Source: an uncultured delta proteobacterium
GTDB lineage: Bacteria > Myxococcota_A > Polyangia > Polyangiales > B10-G4
Assembly (NCBI GenBank): GCA_963727445.1
Contig: CAVSGI010000020.1
Location: 768,001-832,000 of the forward strand
Direction: 5' to 3'
Length of the DNA: 64,000 nt
In this document: positions 45,324 to 54,218 of the stretch, piece by piece
How the letters are laid out: every line of letters starts with the position of its first letter
Position numbering within the stretch: the stretch's first letter is position 1
The notes under the pieces: generated by a model
What the model saw: only the letters and a program-made list of their open reading frames with translations
Databases searched by the model: none
Told to the model about the DNA's origin: nothing
Translations under genes and position numbers: made by a program

Positions 45324-47615
45324 TCAACGCACGTCGAGATCCGGCGAGACCGGGCGCACCAACGATTCGGCGCTGACGAGCCATTCCGGCTCGGGGGCGT
45401 CCTCGAGGTCGTAGAAGCCGCCGCAGAAGCAGCGATGAGGGCAGGGGCCGCACTCGGCTTTGTGCACGCGGCGCTCGGCGAGATAGTCCGCGAGGTTCAC
45501 CGTCTCGTTGTTCACGAAGATCATGTGGCGGGAGAGCTTGTTCAGATCACCCGTCATGTGCGCTTCGTAGCCGGGCATGAAGCAGAAGGGGAGGTTGATG
45601 ACCTCGAGCTTCATGCGGTTCTTCCACGCGTCGATCACGCGCATGGCGATGTCCGCGGCGTGCTGAGTGTCTGGGGCGACCCACTTGGTGGCGCGGCCGA
45701 AGGGCGTGAGGAACTGAATGTTCAGCCATTTCAGACCCAGGTCCCACGCCAGCTGCGCGACCTCGGGGAGCTTTTCGTGATTGCCCTTGGTGATGGTGAT
45801 GTTCATCCCGAGCTCCACGCCCTCGGGAGCGAGACGCACGCAGTTTCGAATGCCGTCGACGGTCTGCTCGAAGGCCTCGGCCACTCCCACCTGCTGCGCG
45901 TGGCTCTTCGCGTCGGGTCCGTGGACGCTGAAGAGGAGCGTGGTGAGGCCCGAGGTGACGAGGTCCTTCGCGAACTTCTCGTAGGCGCAGAGCCTGCCGT
46001 TGGTGGTGACGTTCACCCGGTCGTACCCGAGCTTGCGCGCGTAGCGCACCAGGGGGATCAGCTCCGGGTTCAGGGTCGGCTCGCCGCCGTCGAAGTCGAC
46101 CATGCGCACGCCGTGCCGCCGGTACTTGGTCAGGTGCTCCCGCTGGCGCGTGGGGTGGCCGTCGATCTGCGTCCGGGTGCCCACCGCGCAGAAGGTGCAG
46201 TGGTTGTTGCAGACGTAGGTCACGTTGACGATCAGCTTCTGGGGGCCGCTCGACGCGGCGAGGCGACCCTGAAAGGTCGACATGAAGCGCTCGAGGCTGG
46301 CCGCGTCGACGGACGCGTCGGGCTGGGAAGGCGCCTTCTGAAAGTGTGGCCCCCAGTCCTCCACGAGAGGGAGCTTCCTGCCCTTGGCGAGCCTCGTGCC
46401 GGGGAGCGGCGTGGCGAACTGCACAGCGGGGAAAGCTCCGAAGCGGTCCCAGAGGTCGAGCGCCATCTCCAGGGTGTCGTTGATCTCCTCGGCGCTCTCC
46501 CCCGGCATGCCGATGATCCAGTGAATCATCAGCGGGACGGTGCTCTTGTGCGCGTTCATCGCGGCGCGCTCGATGGCGCCGAGGTCGAGCTTCTTGCCGA
46601 CCACCTCGCTCACCACGCGCTGCGAGCCGCTCTCGGCGCTCACGCTGACGGTGGTCACTCTGCCGAGCATGCGCGCGAAGTGACGGGGCTCCAGATAGTC
46701 AGCGCGCATCCCGTTCGGGACGTCGAAGCGCACGTCCAGCGCCGCGACGTGCGCGAGGAACGCGTCGAAGTGGCGCTCGCTCACGTTGATCAGCTCGTCG
46801 AGGGCCTCCAGCCGCGTGACGCCGTGCTCCTTCACCATCACGTCGAGGTACGCACGGAGCCGGTCTTCCGAGTAGCGGCGCTGGGTCTTCGGCGCGCCGG
46901 CGGCGAGCCCGGGGTTGCTCGAGCAGTGCGCGCAGCGGAAGGGACATCCGCGCGAGGTCACGAGCGGCAGGGTGCGGCCGTCGATGGGGAAGGCCCACGC
47001 GCCGCGACCCAGGTTTCGCACCACCCGGGCGCGGAAGCGATCGTGCGCCTCGAGATCGACGAGGTCCCAGGCGGGGAAAGCGAGGGCGTCGAGCGCCGGC
47101 GAGGTGCCGGCGTGGACGCCTTCGAGGCGGCCTTCCTCGATGAACGAGGGAACGGTCTCTTCCGCCTCGTACTTCACCCAGCACGCGACCTCGGGATACG
47201 CGGCGAGGACGGCTTCTCCCGGGGCTTCGACGTAGTGCTGCCCCGACTGGTAGGCGTCGGCGAGGACGATGGGCGCGCCGAGCGCGGCGAGCCCTTCGAG
47301 GAGCTCCGCCAGCACGTCGTCCCGGTGGGGGGGGCGATGAAACGGCGTGTAGGCGCAGACCACGACGTCCGGGCGGGGGGCGGCGTGCGCAGCTGTCAGG
47401 ACTTCCCTGATCGGCGCGCCGAGATGCAGTCGTCCATCGTCCCGCCATCGAAGATCGGAGCCGGGGAGCGCGTAGGCGTTCACCAGAGACGCCTCGTGTC
47501 CGCGCGCGCGCAGCACCGCCGCGAGCTGAACGGCACCCAGGTCCGCAAAGTACGGATAGTCGATGAAGTCCTCCGCGATCGACACCGGCGGATGGACGAT
47601 CAGGACCCGAGCCAT
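45324..47615 (-). CDS. Fusion of a cobalamin-type radical SAM module and an HxsC-like radical SAM domain
   Basis: RVLIVHPP...LG...LAA.L N-terminus; TSRGCPFRCAHC, ESGSQRV, IIGMPGE, TPLPGT; then CNNHCTFC, DGGEPT, LPFC, CGPCPHRCFCGG. Confidence 0.88.
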   Translation of the reverse strand: MARVLIVHPPVSIAEDFIDYPYFADLGAVQLAAVLRARGHEASLVNAYALPGSDLRWRDDGRLHLGAPIREVLTAAHAAPRPDVVVCAYTPFHRPPHRDDVLAELLEGLAALGAPIVLADAYQSGQHYVEAPGEAVLAAYPEVACWVKYEAEETVPSFIEEGRLEGVHAGTSPALDALAFPAWDLVDLEAHDRFRARVVRNLGRGAWAFPIDGRTLPLVTSRGCPFRCAHCSSNPGLAAGAPKTQRRYSEDRLRAYLDVMVKEHGVTRLEALDELINVSERHFDAFLAHVAALDVRFDVPNGMRADYLEPRHFARMLGRVTTVSVSAESGSQRVVSEVVGKKLDLGAIERAAMNAHKSTVPLMIHWIIGMPGESAEEINDTLEMALDLWDRFGAFPAVQFATPLPGTRLAKGRKLPLVEDWGPHFQKAPSQPDASVDAASLERFMSTFQGRLAASSGPQKLIVNVTYVCNNHCTFCAVGTRTQIDGHPTRQREHLTKYRRHGVRMVDFDGGEPTLNPELIPLVRYARKLGYDRVNVTTNGRLCAYEKFAKDLVTSGLTTLLFSVHGPDAKSHAQQVGVAEAFEQTVDGIRNCVRLAPEGVELGMNITITKGNHEKLPEVAQLAWDLGLKWLNIQFLTPFGRATKWVAPDTQHAADIAMRVIDAWKNRMKLEVINLPFCFMPGYEAHMTGDLNKLSRHMIFVNNETVNLADYLAERRVHKAECGPCPHRCFCGGFYDLEDAPEPEWLVSAESLVRPVSPDLDVR

Positions 47616-47705
47616 CGGGCGATCATAACAGCCGAGAGGTCCCGAGGCCCGCGGGCTCGAGGCGACCCTTGCCAACCGTCGAAGCGGGCGCCAGGCTCTG
47701 CGCCC

Positions 47706-48347
47706 ATGGGGGAGCGAATCTCCGTCTACCAGGGCAAGCACCTGGACATCACTTACGACCGCGGTCGGTGCATTCACGCCTCCGAGTGCGGGCGTGGCTC
47801 GAAGGTGCTCTTCGACGTCTCGAAGGACCCCTGGTGCGATCCCGACCTGGTCACCCCCGACACCGCCGTGCGGGTGGTGCGCCGATGTCCGAGCGGCGCG
47901 CTCACCTACGAGCCGAAAGGAGAGCTCGAAGCGGAGCAGCCCGATGAGCAGAACGCCATCTGGGTCACCCCCCACGGTCCGCTCTACGTCCGGGGCGACA
48001 TCAATCTCGAGACCAAGGAAGGCCGGGTGCGGCACACCCGGGTGGCGCTCTGTCGATGCGGGCAGTCGTCGATCAAGCCCTACTGTGACGGCAGCCACGA
48101 GAAGGAGAAGTTCAGGGACTCGGGTCCGGTGAACTCGGATCCAGAGGGCGAGCCCGCCGGCACGGGCACGCTCGAGATCACGCCCGCGGAGCGTGGCCCC
48201 CTTCTCCTCAGAGGCCCTCACACCCTGCACGCCGCGAGCGGGCGGGTGGCTCAGCACGCCGAGAAGAACGCCTTCTGTCGCTGCGGGAACTCGAAGAACA
48301 AGCCGTTCTGCGACGGTTCGCACAAAGAAGCCGGCTTTCAGGGTTGA
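47706..48347 (+). CDS. CDGSH iron-sulfur protein with an N-terminal ferredoxin-like domain
   Basis: CIHASEC...CPSGAL, then two CRCG.S..KP[YF]CDGSH motifs. Confidence 0.92.
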   Translation: MGERISVYQGKHLDITYDRGRCIHASECGRGSKVLFDVSKDPWCDPDLVTPDTAVRVVRRCPSGALTYEPKGELEAEQPDEQNAIWVTPHGPLYVRGDINLETKEGRVRHTRVALCRCGQSSIKPYCDGSHEKEKFRDSGPVNSDPEGEPAGTGTLEITPAERGPLLLRGPHTLHAASGRVAQHAEKNAFCRCGNSKNKPFCDGSHKEAGFQG

Positions 48348-48360
48348 AAGCCGGCCTCTT
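48330..48360. terminator. Hairpin between convergent genes, candidate terminator
   Basis: Perfect 11-bp stem GCCGGCTTTCA-GGGT-TGAAAGCCGGC spanning the stop codon; weak U-tract. Confidence 0.45.
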
Positions 48361-48380
48361 CGAGTGAGCGTCGTCGGACG

Positions 48381-49172
48381 TCAGCGCTTGGTCGCGGTGT
48401 AGCCCGTCGTGAACTCGACGGTCGCGCCGACCACCAGCGCCTCGATGGTCCCGTCGTCGGTCGCGTCGCCGGCCCACAGACACGCGCCCGCGTAGCCGAC
48501 CTTCACCTGGCCGTTCTCCATGTCGGTCGACTCCCAGCCGGCTTCCATCGGGGTGCCGGTGTTGACCAGGTCGGCGCTCGTGGTGGAGACGCCGAGGAGC
48601 GCGCAGTTGACGCCGTTGGTGGCCACGCCCGCGCCCAACAGGACGTCGTAGTGATCGCCGGCCTCGTTGATCACGCCGAAGTGCTCGGTCGTCTCCGTGA
48701 CGAGCTCGCCCATGCAGATGTCTTCGCAGTCGGGGTTCGAGGTGTTCTCACCGCACGTGGTGGGATCGGCGGCGACGGTGTCGCCGTTGCAGGTCTGCTT
48801 CGGCAGGAGCATCCACATGCGGTGCGGGTATTCCGCGCTCCGCTGCTCGAGGGACACGGTGGCCGGCCACACCTCGCTCGGACAGACGATCTCGGGCCTC
48901 GTGCAGTCCAGGTCGAAGCTGATGGGCGTCCCGTCGTGATCGATGTCGATGGTTCCACCCTCGAGGCCGATGGTGTCTTCGTAGACCGCGCCTCCCAGCG
49001 TGATCCGAACCCCGAGGCTGTCATCGTAGGTGACGTCCCAGTCGCCCTGGACGTCGGGCGCGGCCGTCATGGAGAAAGCAGCGCCACCGCAGCCCCCTCC
49101 CTTGGCGCCCATCAACGCAGGGGCGAGGGTGGCGAGGGCGAGAGCGACGAGCAGTGTGCGGCGTGAAGTCAT
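48381..49172 (-). CDS. Hypothetical Cys-rich lipoprotein
   Basis: AGGAGG ribosome-binding site; signal MTSRRTLLVALALATLAPALMGAKGGG-C. Confidence 0.75.
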   Translation of the reverse strand: MTSRRTLLVALALATLAPALMGAKGGGCGGAAFSMTAAPDVQGDWDVTYDDSLGVRITLGGAVYEDTIGLEGGTIDIDHDGTPISFDLDCTRPEIVCPSEVWPATVSLEQRSAEYPHRMWMLLPKQTCNGDTVAADPTTCGENTSNPDCEDICMGELVTETTEHFGVINEAGDHYDVLLGAGVATNGVNCALLGVSTTSADLVNTGTPMEAGWESTDMENGQVKVGYAGACLWAGDATDDGTIEALVVGATVEFTTGYTATKR

Positions 49173-49213
49173 GACCGAAGTTCCTCCTGATTCGGGGTGC
49201 GCCACGGGCTTTT

Positions 49214-49229
49214 CGCAAAGGCCATGCCG
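49214..49229 (-). promoter_or_regulatory. Candidate sigma-54 promoter
   Basis: Minus strand CGGCATGGCCTTTGCG (GG-N10-GC with TTGC), about 40 nt upstream of ATG 49172. Confidence 0.5.
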
Positions 49230-49382
49230 CCAGCCGAAATCCCACGATCCCCGAGATATCTCGTGATCATCGCAGAGCGTCGCCCCGCCGTCATGCGATC
49301 GACGAGTCACAGTGGTGAGACCGCGCCGTCTCAGCAAACGCCTACCCGCACCCACATCGACGCCCTGCTACGATCCGAGACG

Positions 49383-51167
49383 ATGCTGTCGGAAGAGGCG
49401 CGCGAAGAAGGAGTTCAGGAAGGGCGGCACGCCGAGCACGAGGCCGCAGCCCACGACAAACGCAACTGGGTCCGCCTGACCTACGAGTGCAACGACCGCT
49501 GCATCTTCTGCCTCGACTCCGACACCCACGACGGGGAGATGCGCGACCCCCAGGAGGTGAAGGCGCAGATCCTGGACGGGCGGCGCAAGGGCGCGACGCG
49601 CCTCATCCTCTCCGGCGGTGAGCCGACCATCCATCCGCGCTACGTCGACTTCATCAAGCTCGGGCGTCTCGCGGGCTATCCGAAGGTCCAGACCGTCACC
49701 AACGGACGGATGTTCCGCTATCCGGACTTCCTGAAGCGCTGCGTGGACGCGGGGCTCGGCGAGATCACCTTTTCGATCCACGGCCCGAACGCGCGCGTGC
49801 ACGACGCGCTGGTCGGGGTGAAGGGCGCCTTCGAGGAGGAGGTTCAGGGCCTCAGAAACGCGCTCGACGACGGCCGGGTGATCGTCAACATCGACGTCTG
49901 CGTCAACCGCGGCAACGTCAAGGTGCTGCCGGAGATCATCGAGACCTTCGTCGCGATGGGCGTGCGCGAATACGACCTCTTGCACGTGATCCCCTTCGGG
50001 CGCGCATGGCGCGAGGGGCAGCACACCCTCTTCTACGACCTCGAAGAGGCGGCGCCCCATCTTTCGAAGGCGTTCTCGTGGAGCCGCGAGCCGGACATGC
50101 ACATCTGGCTGAACCGCTTCCCGCCGGAGCACTGCGAGGGCTTCGAGGACCTGATTCAGGACCCCTACAAGCTCAACGACGAGGTGCGCGGCCGCAAGGA
50201 GGAGTACGAGCGGCTGCTCTCGAAGGGTGAGCCGCTCGACTGCCGCGCGCCGGAGCGCTGCCGCTACTGCTACCTGTCGCGGCTCTGCGACACCCTCGAC
50301 GACGTGCGGGAGACGGTGCACGAAGAGCGCTTCGAAGCGGTGCGCGTCGACGCCGGATGGGAGGCGAAGCAGGGGCCGATCTACGGCGGCGACCCCGCGA
50401 GCGCGCGGCGGGCCAAGCAGGAAGCGGCGGAAGGCGCCGAGGCGGCGGACGACCGCGTGCGCCTGCCCCTGATGAAGCAGGCCGCTCCGCTGCCCATCGT
50501 CTCCGCTCCGGAGCGTGCGCGCAGCGCGGGTGCACGCACGCTGGTGGTGGTGGCGACGGATGTCGCCGAGGCGCTGGCAGCGGCCGAGCCTTACGACGCC
50601 GTTGAAGAGCTCGCCATCGAGCTCGACGACTACGAAGGTCTCGGCGAGAGGCTCGGGCGCTTTCAGGTCGTGCAGGCGGTGGCCAAGGACGTCGCCCAAG
50701 CCGAGGCGCTCCTGTCGATCGACGCGCCCTTCGAGGTGGTGGTTCTGCTGACCCGCGAGACCGCAGCGTGGCTGCTTCAGGGGCCGGTGCCTCTGCGGAT
50801 CGTCGTGCGCCAGCCGACCTACGAGCGGCTCACCGAGGCGGCGTCGAAGGACGTGGACCTCCCCGCTTTCTTCGCCGCGCTCGACCGGGAGGTGCCGGTC
50901 GAGGGCGTGCCAGCCTGCATCGCCGGACGCACGCCCCGTCCCCAAAGACGCACCCTCGACACCGCCATGTTGCGGCCTGATGGGCGTCTTGAAATCTTTC
51001 GCTACGCCAAGCGCTTCATCGTGGACCGCTACTTCGTCCAGTCCCTGCGCTGCAAGGAGTGCATTCACCAGGCGGATTGCCCCGGTCTTCACGTGAACCA
51101 GGTCCGGGCGCACGGCTTGGGGTGGATCACGCCGGTGAAGGACCCTTCGGAGGCGGCGGCGGAGTAG
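49383..51167 (+). CDS. Radical SAM protein, HxsC-like, with a long C-terminal extension
   Basis: CNDRCIFC, LSGGEPT, TNG, CRYCYLSRLC, then VPAC and CKECIHQADCPG; start inferred from the -10 box at 49369. Confidence 0.85.
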   Translation: MLSEEAREEGVQEGRHAEHEAAAHDKRNWVRLTYECNDRCIFCLDSDTHDGEMRDPQEVKAQILDGRRKGATRLILSGGEPTIHPRYVDFIKLGRLAGYPKVQTVTNGRMFRYPDFLKRCVDAGLGEITFSIHGPNARVHDALVGVKGAFEEEVQGLRNALDDGRVIVNIDVCVNRGNVKVLPEIIETFVAMGVREYDLLHVIPFGRAWREGQHTLFYDLEEAAPHLSKAFSWSREPDMHIWLNRFPPEHCEGFEDLIQDPYKLNDEVRGRKEEYERLLSKGEPLDCRAPERCRYCYLSRLCDTLDDVRETVHEERFEAVRVDAGWEAKQGPIYGGDPASARRAKQEAAEGAEAADDRVRLPLMKQAAPLPIVSAPERARSAGARTLVVVATDVAEALAAAEPYDAVEELAIELDDYEGLGERLGRFQVVQAVAKDVAQAEALLSIDAPFEVVVLLTRETAAWLLQGPVPLRIVVRQPTYERLTEAASKDVDLPAFFAALDREVPVEGVPACIAGRTPRPQRRTLDTAMLRPDGRLEIFRYAKRFIVDRYFVQSLRCKECIHQADCPGLHVNQVRAHGLGWITPVKDPSEAAAE

Positions 51168-51266
51168 CGCGCGGACGCCCGTTTGGCTTTTGCCTTCCGG
51201 CGAGAGCCGAGGCAATGTGTGCGGCGTGGTCGGCCTTGGGGATGGGGTCGACGGGCAGGGAGCTTC

Positions 51267-53027
51267 ATGAACGAACGAGTCGCCGTCGCCACCGTCGCCA
51301 TCCTCGTCCTCTCTGCCTGCGGCTCCAAGACCGCGCTCAGCACCGACCCGCCCCGCGACTCCGGCGTGACGGACGGTTTCGTGGTCGACTCGGACGTTCC
51401 CGACACGACCATGCCCGGCCTCGCGGTCGAGTGCCCGCGAATGGACCAGTACACCACCGTCCGCCTGGGCATCGATCTGGCGGCCACGGTGAATTCGACC
51501 AGCCCGGTCGTCTCGAGCGGCTGGACGCTGACGAGCGCGCCGACCGGCTCGATGTCGATGAACGCGCCCGTGATGGGCGAGCGCACCAGCCTCGTCCCCG
51601 ACATGGTGGGCGAATACGCGCTGTCGTTTTCGGCGACGAACGAAGAGGGGCTCAGCGGGAGCTGCGACGTGTTCGTCCATTCGGTGGTGGGCCCGCCGGT
51701 CGCCATCTGTCCCGAGGGGATGCTGACCACCGGCGCGGGCGAGCCCCTCGAGCTGATGGGCGACGCCTTCGACGACGTGGGCGTGATCGACCAGTGGTGG
51801 GATGTGGTGAGCGGGCCTGGGATGGCCTCGATCGATCCCTACAATTCCCTCGACGCGACCTTCATCGCGGACGTCCCCGGCGATTACGTCGTCAGCCTCA
51901 CGGTGTTGGACGGCGACATGGCCATGGACACCTGCTCCTTCCCGATCCGGGTCACGGCGCCGCCGATGGTCTTCTGTCCCATGTCCCCCATCATGGCGCC
52001 GACACGTCAATCCGTGACCATCACCGCGCGGGCCGATGACGAGACGGGGATCGATCACGTCAGCTGGGAGCTCATGTCGCGCCCCGATGGGAGCAGCGCC
52101 CGGCTTCGGCCCACGGATGCGCCGTCGACGCGCATGACCCCCGACCGCCAGGGAAGCTACCTCCTGGTCTTCACCGCCTTCGATACGGATGGGCTGAGCG
52201 CGTCATGCGAGGTCGAAGTGATCGGCACGCCGACGCCGCCCGAGTGCTCGGACACCACCGTCGACACCCATCCGCTCACCGAGACCGAGGTCACCGGGAT
52301 GGGCGTCGACGACGGGAGCATCGTCGGCTGGCGGTGGCGCCTGGTGGGCACGCCCGACGGCTCGGCGGTCAGAGAGCCCTCTCCGCGGGACGCCATGACC
52401 ACGCGCTTCACCCCGGACATCGCCGGCGAGTATCGCCTCGAGCTCACGGTCACCGACGACGACGGCGAGAGCGGCACCTGTGTCTACCTGGTCCGCGCCA
52501 TCGCCTCCGAGGGCCTGAGGATCGAGATGAACTGGGAGACCGACGGCACCGACATGGATACGCACCTGCTCCGGCCGCTCCCCGAGGGGATGTTCTGGTT
52601 CCAGGAGGCGGACTGTCACTGGCAGAACTGCAACGAGATGAGCGGCGACGTCCTCGAGTGGGGCGCCCCGGGCCCGGACGACAACCCGCGCCTCGACCTC
52701 GACGACACCGACGGCCTCGGGCCCGAGAACATCAACATCGACGTGCCCCAGCCCGGCGTCTATCGCGTGGGCGTGCACGCGTGGGGCGGCGTGGGCCGCG
52801 GCGTGCGTGTGCGCATCTACTGTGGCGGCTCGACCACCATGCCGCGCCAGACATTCGGGCCGGTCACCATCAGTGAGCGCCGCGGCATGCCCTTCGAGGC
52901 CAACGACTTCTGGCGCGTCGCTGACGTCGAGATCACCGCCGCCGGGACCTGCCGCATCACCGAGCTGCTCAACGCCTCCGGCGATCCGGACATCGTGCGA
53001 TCGAGCGTCGTGGCGAGCTCGCGCTGA
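51267..53027 (+). CDS. Lipoprotein with PKD/Ig-like repeats and a YfaP-like C-terminal domain
   Basis: LSA-C lipobox; four W.L...P.GS...PD..G.Y.L repeats; W..DGTDMDTH and LDLDDTDGLGPENI. Confidence 0.8.
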   Translation: MNERVAVATVAILVLSACGSKTALSTDPPRDSGVTDGFVVDSDVPDTTMPGLAVECPRMDQYTTVRLGIDLAATVNSTSPVVSSGWTLTSAPTGSMSMNAPVMGERTSLVPDMVGEYALSFSATNEEGLSGSCDVFVHSVVGPPVAICPEGMLTTGAGEPLELMGDAFDDVGVIDQWWDVVSGPGMASIDPYNSLDATFIADVPGDYVVSLTVLDGDMAMDTCSFPIRVTAPPMVFCPMSPIMAPTRQSVTITARADDETGIDHVSWELMSRPDGSSARLRPTDAPSTRMTPDRQGSYLLVFTAFDTDGLSASCEVEVIGTPTPPECSDTTVDTHPLTETEVTGMGVDDGSIVGWRWRLVGTPDGSAVREPSPRDAMTTRFTPDIAGEYRLELTVTDDDGESGTCVYLVRAIASEGLRIEMNWETDGTDMDTHLLRPLPEGMFWFQEADCHWQNCNEMSGDVLEWGAPGPDDNPRLDLDDTDGLGPENINIDVPQPGVYRVGVHAWGGVGRGVRVRIYCGGSTTMPRQTFGPVTISERRGMPFEANDFWRVADVEITAAGTCRITELLNASGDPDIVRSSVVASSR

Positions 53028-53039
53028 GCGCGCCTGCGA

Positions 53040-54110
53040 TCACATCGTGTCGTAGTAGCCGTTGCTGATCTCGATCACGTACGGCTCGCAGGCGAGCGGC
53101 GCGGCAGGATCGCGCTTCACGCGGACGAAGTAGTCGGCCGTGTCATCCTCGCAACCCGAGACGTTGTCCGGTCGCGAGGCGAACGAGGCGTTGGTACAGG
53201 GACACTGCCCGGTGAGCCTCCCCATGATCGCTTGGCGCGTGTCCGTCGCCCAGGTGTACTCCTGATAGCCCATGGTTTCGTCGCACTCGGTGCCGTCGCA
53301 TGCGCCGCGGAACACGTTGATGAAGTAAGCAGCGCCAGGGTTGGCGTTGATCTGAACGCGGACGTGGAGGTTGTCGCAGCTCGTGTCCGGTGTGTCGATG
53401 CCGCGAAAGCGATACCAGACCTCGCGACCTTCCGGCAGCAGGTTCCCCATGACGGTCATCATGTCCCCGGCGTCCGAGAAGTCGCCCAGATCGATCGGCG
53501 CCATGCAGGCGTCGCCCATGCCGATGTCCGGCGTGGCCGCGCATTCGCAGCCGTTCAGCGGATCGCCGTCGATGTCGAAGACACCGTCCGGGCATCCGCA
53601 GACGCCGTCGATGCAGATGCCGCCCGCCGGATCCATGGCGCACATCAGGCCCGGGTCGCCATCGTCGGCCGTACCGCTGCAGTTGTCGTCGATGAGATTG
53701 CAGATCTCGTCCGCGCCAGGGTTGATGTCGGGATTGGTCTCGTCGCAGTCCTCGGCGGCCACGAAGCCGTCGCCGTCGACGTCGCGGGTGGCGGGGATGC
53801 AGAAGCGGTGCAGACAGATGCGACCCTCGGCGCACTCGCTGTCGGCGACGCAGGACGGATAGTCCGTGCATGCGCCGGAGATGCACTCCTGGAAGGCGGT
53901 GCACATCACCCCGCCGCACATGTCCCCCGGCAGCATGGTGTCGGGAGCATCGACCCCGCTGTCCCTCGGACCGGAGTCGACGCCGCCGTCCGAGCTGCTG
54001 TCGACGACGATGGCGTCGCCGCCGCCGCCGTCGCCGCCGCCGCTGCCCTGGGCGCACGCGGCAGCGAGCGGGACGAGCAAGGCGAGCAAGGAAGGGAACA
54101 GCCGACTCAT
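53040..54110 (-). CDS. Cys-rich lipoprotein with a putative metal-binding repeat
   Basis: AAA-C lipobox; DVDGDGF..EDCDETNPDINPGADEICNLIDDNC; DGDPLNGCEC. Confidence 0.8.
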   Translation of the reverse strand: MSRLFPSLLALLVPLAAACAQGSGGGDGGGGDAIVVDSSSDGGVDSGPRDSGVDAPDTMLPGDMCGGVMCTAFQECISGACTDYPSCVADSECAEGRICLHRFCIPATRDVDGDGFVAAEDCDETNPDINPGADEICNLIDDNCSGTADDGDPGLMCAMDPAGGICIDGVCGCPDGVFDIDGDPLNGCECAATPDIGMGDACMAPIDLGDFSDAGDMMTVMGNLLPEGREVWYRFRGIDTPDTSCDNLHVRVQINANPGAAYFINVFRGACDGTECDETMGYQEYTWATDTRQAIMGRLTGQCPCTNASFASRPDNVSGCEDDTADYFVRVKRDPAAPLACEPYVIEISNGYYDTM

Positions 54111-54218
54111 CCGTGTCAGCTTATCCCGAAAGCCCTCGGTCCACCATCGAGTGGCACGAATCCGGGACCGCCCGCCCTTGGTGTTGTAAGAGCGGGGCGC
54201 GGCGAGTATCCCCGGGGC

